This document shows, in pieces, positions 59,601 to 64,000 of a stretch of DNA of 64,000 nt; the first letter of the stretch is position 1, and every line of letters begins with the position of its first letter. Source of the DNA: Cyanophora paradoxa CCMP329. Its lineage: Eukaryota; Plantae; Glaucophyta. The DNA is taken from positions 62,001 through 126,000 of the forward strand of contig QPMI01000427.1 in NCBI GenBank assembly GCA_004431415.1, in the 5' to 3' direction. The notes beneath the pieces were generated by a model. The model did not search any database, was not told the DNA's origin, and saw only the letters and a list, made by a program, of their open reading frames with translations. The position numbers and the translations under genes were made by a program.

Positions 59601-62600
59601 GGCAGCACCGACACCCCGCTGGCGCTGGCGCTTGGTGGGGAACGGGAACTGGTCCTCCTGCCCCGGCGCCGGTCTTGGGACGGTGGCAGGGGGGGCCGAC
59701 TCGGGGGCCGTGGCGGAGGCCACGCCTGTGGAGCCGCCGGCCGCTGCCAGCACGCGCTTGTACTCGCCCCCCAGGGTGCCTGCCATGCGGGGGCCGGGGT
59801 TGGTTCACGCGGCCAGAGGGGGGGGGGCGTGCGTCCGCTATAGCTAGCTATAGCGTGCTCGCCCGCAGGGCGGAGTTGCCTACCCCACTCCTCCGGCGCC
59901 GCGCCAGGGGCGTGCGGTTTGAACTCGAGGTTCAGCGTGGTTGTGCCAGCGGTCGCCATGGCGCCCTCAACCCTCACGGCATCCTTGCTCGCAAGGAACT
60001 CCATGGATGCGGCGGCCAGGGGGCCATTGGTGGCGCCGTCCTTCGTGAGGTATACGAAATCGTGCATTGCCGGTGCGGGGCGCATCACGGCCGTGAGGAC
60101 ACGGCTGAAGCTTGCCGCCGCGCCGATCATGCCGGCGGTGTTCGAGGCGGGGAAGCAGGTGCCCTTTTTGGTGTTCGCCGCTGTGGCGTCGGTCACCAGG
60201 GCCTTCATGCCGGACGTGGCATCAATCTCAATCGGGCGGCGCTGCAGCTCCGCGGCCCGCGAGTGCGTGGCCGCGAGATGATAGCACTGCTGTGCCTGGC
60301 TCAACGTGACGTGCTGAATCAGCTGCGTCCGGAAATCCTCCAGGTGCGCCCGCGTAACAAACTCTGGCGGCGCCGGCTGGGCAGGCCGCTCCTGCTGATC
60401 GTGCCGCAGGAGCTGAATGCCGGGCTCGTGGCGGGCCTCGCGCTCGCGCAGGGCGACATCGGCAGCCGCCAGCACGTCCAGCCCCTTGGCCAGCAGCAGC
60501 TCAGCGCTGGCCAACGCTCCGTTGGACAAGTCGAACGCGACTGAGTGGCCGATGAACGAGCCGTAGATCTGAGCCTGGCGGGCCAGATCGATCCGCTCCT
60601 CCGCCGAAGCGTCGGTCAGCTGGCTGAAATCGCCGAGGAGGCCGTTGCAGGCGGCCCGATCGAGATAGATCGAACCTGCCTTGAGCTGCGGCACGGTGCC
60701 GCTGCCCTGAAGGCCGAAACCGGAGCCAGCGAGGAAGTGACGCGGACCGCCCATGCGCCATGGCTGGCGCTTGATGTTCTCATGAACACCACCATGTGCC
60801 GCGCCGATGAGCTTGGCGAAAGCGGGGTCCGTCTTCGCCGCAGCGTAGAGCTCGTGCTGCTGCGCCTGGGCGTGCCCCGCGGCGGGGGCCGCCGCTGGGC
60901 CGCCGGCGCCGCCCGCACCCTCAAACTCATCGACCTCGTACATGTCCTCATCCGAGGGAGGCGGAGCCTGAACGGGCGAGGGTGGGCGGTCGGCCGAGGC
61001 GCGGGCTAACCGCGGTAAGCCAGGCGGGTGTGGCAAGCGTACCCCGGGGCCCTGGCTGGGGAAGATGGGGGGGTCCCGCCGGAACTGCAGGGGGGCCTGC
61101 CCCGTGGGATCTGGCTGAGAAATCGTCATTGGCGCTGTCGCGACCGGTGGCGGTCGCTTGACATGGGCCACCGGGCCTACCTGCATGCGAGCACGCATCG
61201 CGGCCGCCGAGGCCCGAGCCTCTCGCATCGCGTTGCCGAGGCCACTCTCGACTGCACCGAGTCGAGGCTCCGGCTGCGGAAGCGGCGATGGGGCCTCAGC
61301 TGTCTGCCCCAGGGGAGGGGCGCAGCGGGGAATGCCTACCCCGCGAACCAGCCTGGTGCCGGAGCTGGCACCAGTGGCCCGGGCCGCGAAGCTAGAGCGG
61401 CCGAGGCCGGGCGCCGCAAGGCCCCCTGGGCCCGGGGCCAGCCGTGCCGAAGCGGCTCCGGAAATCGAGGGTCGGATGCGCGGGGCCATCCGCATCGGCG
61501 GCACCTGCTGCTGCTGCATATGCTGCTGCAGCTGCAACTGCTCCTGCGGGCCCTCGGCGCCCTGGCCGGAGCCAGTGCCCGAGCTAGCCGCCCGGGGGAA
61601 AGACGCCGGCGCCGCCTCGTGCAGCTCCTCGCCCAGAATCGCGGCCGCACGTGAAACCTCGAAGAGCAGGGTCATGTCGCCCCGCACCCCTCCGCTCACA
61701 TCCGAATAGCTGCCGTTGGCCGCCATCAGAGCCGACGGAGAGAAAGCCAGCATATCCGCCGGCGTCACCACGCGGCCGCGGGCGAGTGTCTCCCGCGCAG
61801 CAAGGCCGAGGGGGGTCGTCGCGAAAGCGTAGAGGCTCTCCAGGGCGAGCTGGATATTGGCGTCGCTCAGACGCTCGCTGGCGAGCTGCTGGGCGCCGAC
61901 GCCGGCGGCGTTCTGCGCGGCCCCGATGAGGAGCTCGAGAAACGCGCTCTCCACCGTCGTGTAATGCGGGGGCAGAATCTGCCACAGGTCGAAGAGAGAC
62001 CGGACCCCGGCTGGGCGGGACTCCGCTGGCAGGAGTGCCAGGCCGAACCACTGTGTAACGCCCCGTAGGACGTTCACGACCGCCGTCGACGTCGGCTCGT
62101 CCCTGGCGACGTCCGCCAGCTGGGCGAGCCGGTGCACGGTCTGCTGCTGGCCGGGACCGCCGGCCGCCGGCGCCGGGCCGACTAGCACGCGGTAGTCCGT
62201 GCCGCAGGGGCTCAGCTCGCCGAACTCGAACTCGAACGTAATCTGCTCCGCGCCGTGCCGGAGCGTGCCGGCGCGCGCGCCGGTCTTCCATGTGTACGTG
62301 TGGACGGCGCCGGCCTCACTGCAGCCGACGAGCACGCAGTCAACGCCCTCGGGCAGCTTGCTCAGTGCGTTGGGCTCTTCATCGGCGCGCAGGCCGGTCG
62401 CGATCTGGCGAGGGCGGGCCGTCGCGTTCGCTCTTGAAAAAGGTTGCAAAACGAATAGAAGCACCTGATACAGGAGCTTGGCCGATACCGGCAGCTCAGG
62501 GTTCTCGGCTGTAACAGTGCCAAGTTCCTCTCTACGGTTCTCGCCGAACCACGCGACGACGTCGCCCTCTGCGACCGGCCAGAACAGTAAGGATCCTGTC

Positions 62601-62602
62601 AT
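56588..62602 (-). CDS. Gag-like + reverse transcriptase + RNase H + degenerate methyltransferase-like ORF (2004 aa)
   Basis: RT: AVPKKG..RFRRCLDARRIN, YDLRKGYYHI, LPFG, YLDDGL, YLG. RNase H: LFTDASG, RELRAV, CDNSSAV, HIAGRRNVLADAGSR. Confidence 0.93.
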   Translation of the reverse strand: MTGSLLFWPVAEGDVVAWFGENRREELGTVTAENPELPVSAKLLYQVLLFVLQPFSRANATARPRQIATGLRADEEPNALSKLPEGVDCVLVGCSEAGAVHTYTWKTGARAGTLRHGAEQITFEFEFGELSPCGTDYRVLVGPAPAAGGPGQQQTVHRLAQLADVARDEPTSTAVVNVLRGVTQWFGLALLPAESRPAGVRSLFDLWQILPPHYTTVESAFLELLIGAAQNAAGVGAQQLASERLSDANIQLALESLYAFATTPLGLAARETLARGRVVTPADMLAFSPSALMAANGSYSDVSGGVRGDMTLLFEVSRAAAILGEELHEAAPASFPRAASSGTGSGQGAEGPQEQLQLQQHMQQQQVPPMRMAPRIRPSISGAASARLAPGPGGLAAPGLGRSSFAARATGASSGTRLVRGVGIPRCAPPLGQTAEAPSPLPQPEPRLGAVESGLGNAMREARASAAAMRARMQVGPVAHVKRPPPVATAPMTISQPDPTGQAPLQFRRDPPIFPSQGPGVRLPHPPGLPRLARASADRPPSPVQAPPPSDEDMYEVDEFEGAGGAGGPAAAPAAGHAQAQQHELYAAAKTDPAFAKLIGAAHGGVHENIKRQPWRMGGPRHFLAGSGFGLQGSGTVPQLKAGSIYLDRAACNGLLGDFSQLTDASAEERIDLARQAQIYGSFIGHSVAFDLSNGALASAELLLAKGLDVLAAADVALREREARHEPGIQLLRHDQQERPAQPAPPEFVTRAHLEDFRTQLIQHVTLSQAQQCYHLAATHSRAAELQRRPIEIDATSGMKALVTDATAANTKKGTCFPASNTAGMIGAAASFSRVLTAVMRPAPAMHDFVYLTKDGATNGPLAAASMEFLASKDAVRVEGAMATAGTTTLNLEFKPHAPGAAPEEWGRQLRPAGEHAIASYSGRTPPPLWPREPTPAPAWQAPWGASTSACWQRPAAPQAWPPPRPPSRPPLPPSQDRRRGRRTSSRSPPSASASGVSVLPLPPPLSGWSPRHSSARASSGSSSSPSVAPNSSPPCSARRRSRSRSPSPSHRPPRPRTSAPSRALPRGSTAAVAAAAEAEGGAVGEVARVAPATGAMPSGAATCTGTAAASRITEARATTSSSSISPALAPRSRRPGLSLPPATRPRLAPPTFLLSRLEAGRAVELQYCFPLVDLISLSPHAAPQRCPRAPTDGGPELDRLRTLVKAHGPQPPYDFARHKAAFRAGQLREAAPEWRRRFRAAGIEVPARVMLWLEQGFKIPLLRPGTPATARWDPANAATPEDIPPFCERNRPSCFIEVDGASAREFIDRDVLEDESIGVIDEIHPPMWPPPAHYSALHAVPKKGADRFRRCLDARRINEFIHLRRFRYQTLDDVLAIIRSLRGLDLYLLAYDLRKGYYHIALARITAIVLVFAWTFLNGITRVFRYNALPFGVALACYVFTKVMRAFAKYWAALKVLLGTYLDDGLFICRSLEEALLVSEHLRWLAPLLRLTFSDKGHVDAPTRLLIYLGLGIDVGRGECFLPPKKLDKLLGVLVPLVGKASAPARTLQSIAGSLNAARHAVVGARLVARPLTNAVAQAETLGSGSAAVVPLNALARRAIRWLAEYLPLAPPAPLWRPEQAYRLFTDASGLGYCAALDARPCASPDSLDAAPCRSIFGTWPEDIRGEDNSWRELRAVVIAAAELFPLVRGSHILVRCDNSSAVAAAVRGSLSEGMMDLALRLFGLCAQAGVTLDVLHIAGRRNVLADAGSRTRRPTLHWGLARRIRHWCGGTTWPHVHVASRHDAPFDGSARTPALYTVDARLRSEFLAWLCTHGSGSAWLVPYLPGTSSWLALQLAASQRGWFLQALPAEWRLPRDLFFAEGTGGAGGVGLGASPWPLYLCVASDADWVLGRPQGASSPRTSPPHPSPSAATGPTAPAATTTQPSRRPRHRRRRPVSGPSPAQDATLGLPAPGVRTQAPPLAQLLPQLGRQPAALPSRSLELDPWAPAVQPVPARLTPHGRS

Positions 62603-63357
62603 ATGCGTGAGGATGTATGTGCGTGCAGCTCGTCTTGCTCTAGCCCACGTGAGCTACTACTCCGGAAGTGCGGCGCCGGGCACAGCCACGCGGCGGGGCG
62701 CCGAGCGAGCTCAGGCGTGCGAGTGTGGGATGCTACGTGCCACACGATAATGTACTACGAGATTCAGACAAGACCACTACGGAGAGCTACCTGTGTACGC
62801 TAACTACGCCGGGCACCAGCCACGCGGCGAGCGCCGAGTATTCTCAGGCGCTGTGACTCTAATGTGGTATGGGAGCTACCTATGAAGCTATGAAGAAGGT
62901 TTATGGGAAGGGATGGTTGCCTAACTAGGCGCCTATGGAACGCTTGTACGGAAAGGCTGCAGCTGGCTGGCGCTAACTAGCTGCGCCAGTCAGCAGTGCG
63001 CGGCGCTGAGCGCAGGCGAGGCGCGGGAGCTGGATTGCCAAAGGCGGCCCCGCGCGCCCCCAACCGCACGCTCTTGCGATCACGCACCGTCGACAGGCCA
63101 GTGGAACGCCATTCGTTCACCCGACTCCCACTAGCTACGTCTGTGATGCTGGCGATGGCTGCAGCTCCGCGAAGCTGCAACTAACGCGAAGCCGAAAAGA
63201 AAGTGGGGGTACTGTGGGCGGCCGTGCGCAGGCTGTACCCCGGAGGTAAGGGCGCGGCCCCGGCAGCGCGCTCCGGCGGAGAGAAACTGATCACGCCTTG
63301 CAGCGTAATCTATTAGCATTAATTTGGGGGCGCATTAATATCGAAGCGCTAAGCCGG

Positions 63358-64000
63358 TAGGGCTCCGGCCCGGGTCCTAAAACCGGGACCCGCGACCCGC
63401 GGGTCGGGTCGACCCCCTGACCCGTGACCCACGGGTCCGACCCGGGTCGCTGGGGGGGGTACCGGTTGCGCCGAAAAACCGCTACAAAAACACGTGTTCG
63501 CTTCCGACTGAGACATTTCTGTCAGCGGCGCCCCGAACTCGGTCGGCAGCCAGTTGAGCGGCGCGGTCTTAGTCTTGTGGTTGCTCGGTAAGCTCCATAG
63601 CTATCGTGTGCATCATCCTCGTCGGCCCCCGTACTTTCTCTGGCGCAGCTCCGGTCGACGGCGTTTTGTGTGCCAGGTGCGACGCAGCCTTCGTCCTCCT
63701 GAATCACTGGATTGATGTGAGGGCTATAGCTAATGGCGTGCGCTCTTCGCCTCCCGCTGCGCGTTCCCGTGCAGGTCGACGCGTACGTCGCGCAGCGGCC
63801 GCGCCGCTGATCATGATCGGACCGCTAGGGCGGCTAGAACATGCATGCAACGTTGGAGCATTGCCGCAGGATGCTCTTCCATGTGTCCAGCGAAGGGCGG
63901 CTCTCCATTGCCGGCCGCCGAGCGAAGGTGCGGCGCCGGTGGCCGCGCCCCGCGGGAGTCTTGCCACGTGCGCCCTCCCTGTTGACTCTACGCTCTTTGT
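63358..64000. mobile_element. Probable left end of a second hAT-like element running out of the window
   Basis: Begins TAGGGCTCC, followed by dense gacccg/cgggtc subterminal repeats (63370-63450). The other end is not visible. Confidence 0.5.

Larger units (their letters stand above)
53266..63315 (-). mobile_element. Complete tyrosine-recombinase retrotransposon (DIRS order, PAT/TOC- or Ngaro-like) with split direct repeats A1...B1A2...B2
   Basis: A1 63167-63315 equals A2 54278-54426 (149 bp). B1 54427-54999 equals B2 53266-53838 (573 bp). Gag-RT-RNaseH and YR ORFs lie between them. No TSD. Confidence 0.95.

Noticed and set aside
1-64000. Assigning the source organism (intron style suggested a glaucophyte or similar alga)
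   Set aside because: No diagnostic marker gene is present, so this remains a guess.

Overview
GC-rich eukaryotic (protist or alga-like) nuclear DNA with many short C-rich introns, often with GC donors, so most long ORFs in the track are artefacts. Left to right: an ARID+PHD gene (17-3227); a Sen1/senataxin-like helicase gene that stops after motif Ia and reads in frame into the 3' exons of a DUF1917 (C11orf68/Bles03-like) gene, at the edge of a ~5.5 kb segmental duplication (10427-15883 vs 17733-23246); a complete DUF1917 gene with an intronic minisatellite; a secreted protein gene with a recent ~3x 1.65 kb internal amplification; an L1/Tx1-type LINE with a 16-bp TSD and a captured 203-bp inverted copy of flanking DNA; a DUF4795-like coiled-coil gene head-to-head with a diacylglycerol kinase; a large exon-modular Cys-rich repeat gene; a hAT MITE; and a complete 10,050-bp tyrosine-recombinase retrotransposon with split direct repeats. 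The most striking signal comes from comparing duplicated copies. Most small indels are +6 bp insertions of the form X-revcomp(X)-X (X = 3 bp). This pervasive, frame-preserving footprint also explains the palindromic micro-repeats seen throughout the window. All gene models were spliced by eye and family calls come from motif recognition, not database searches.
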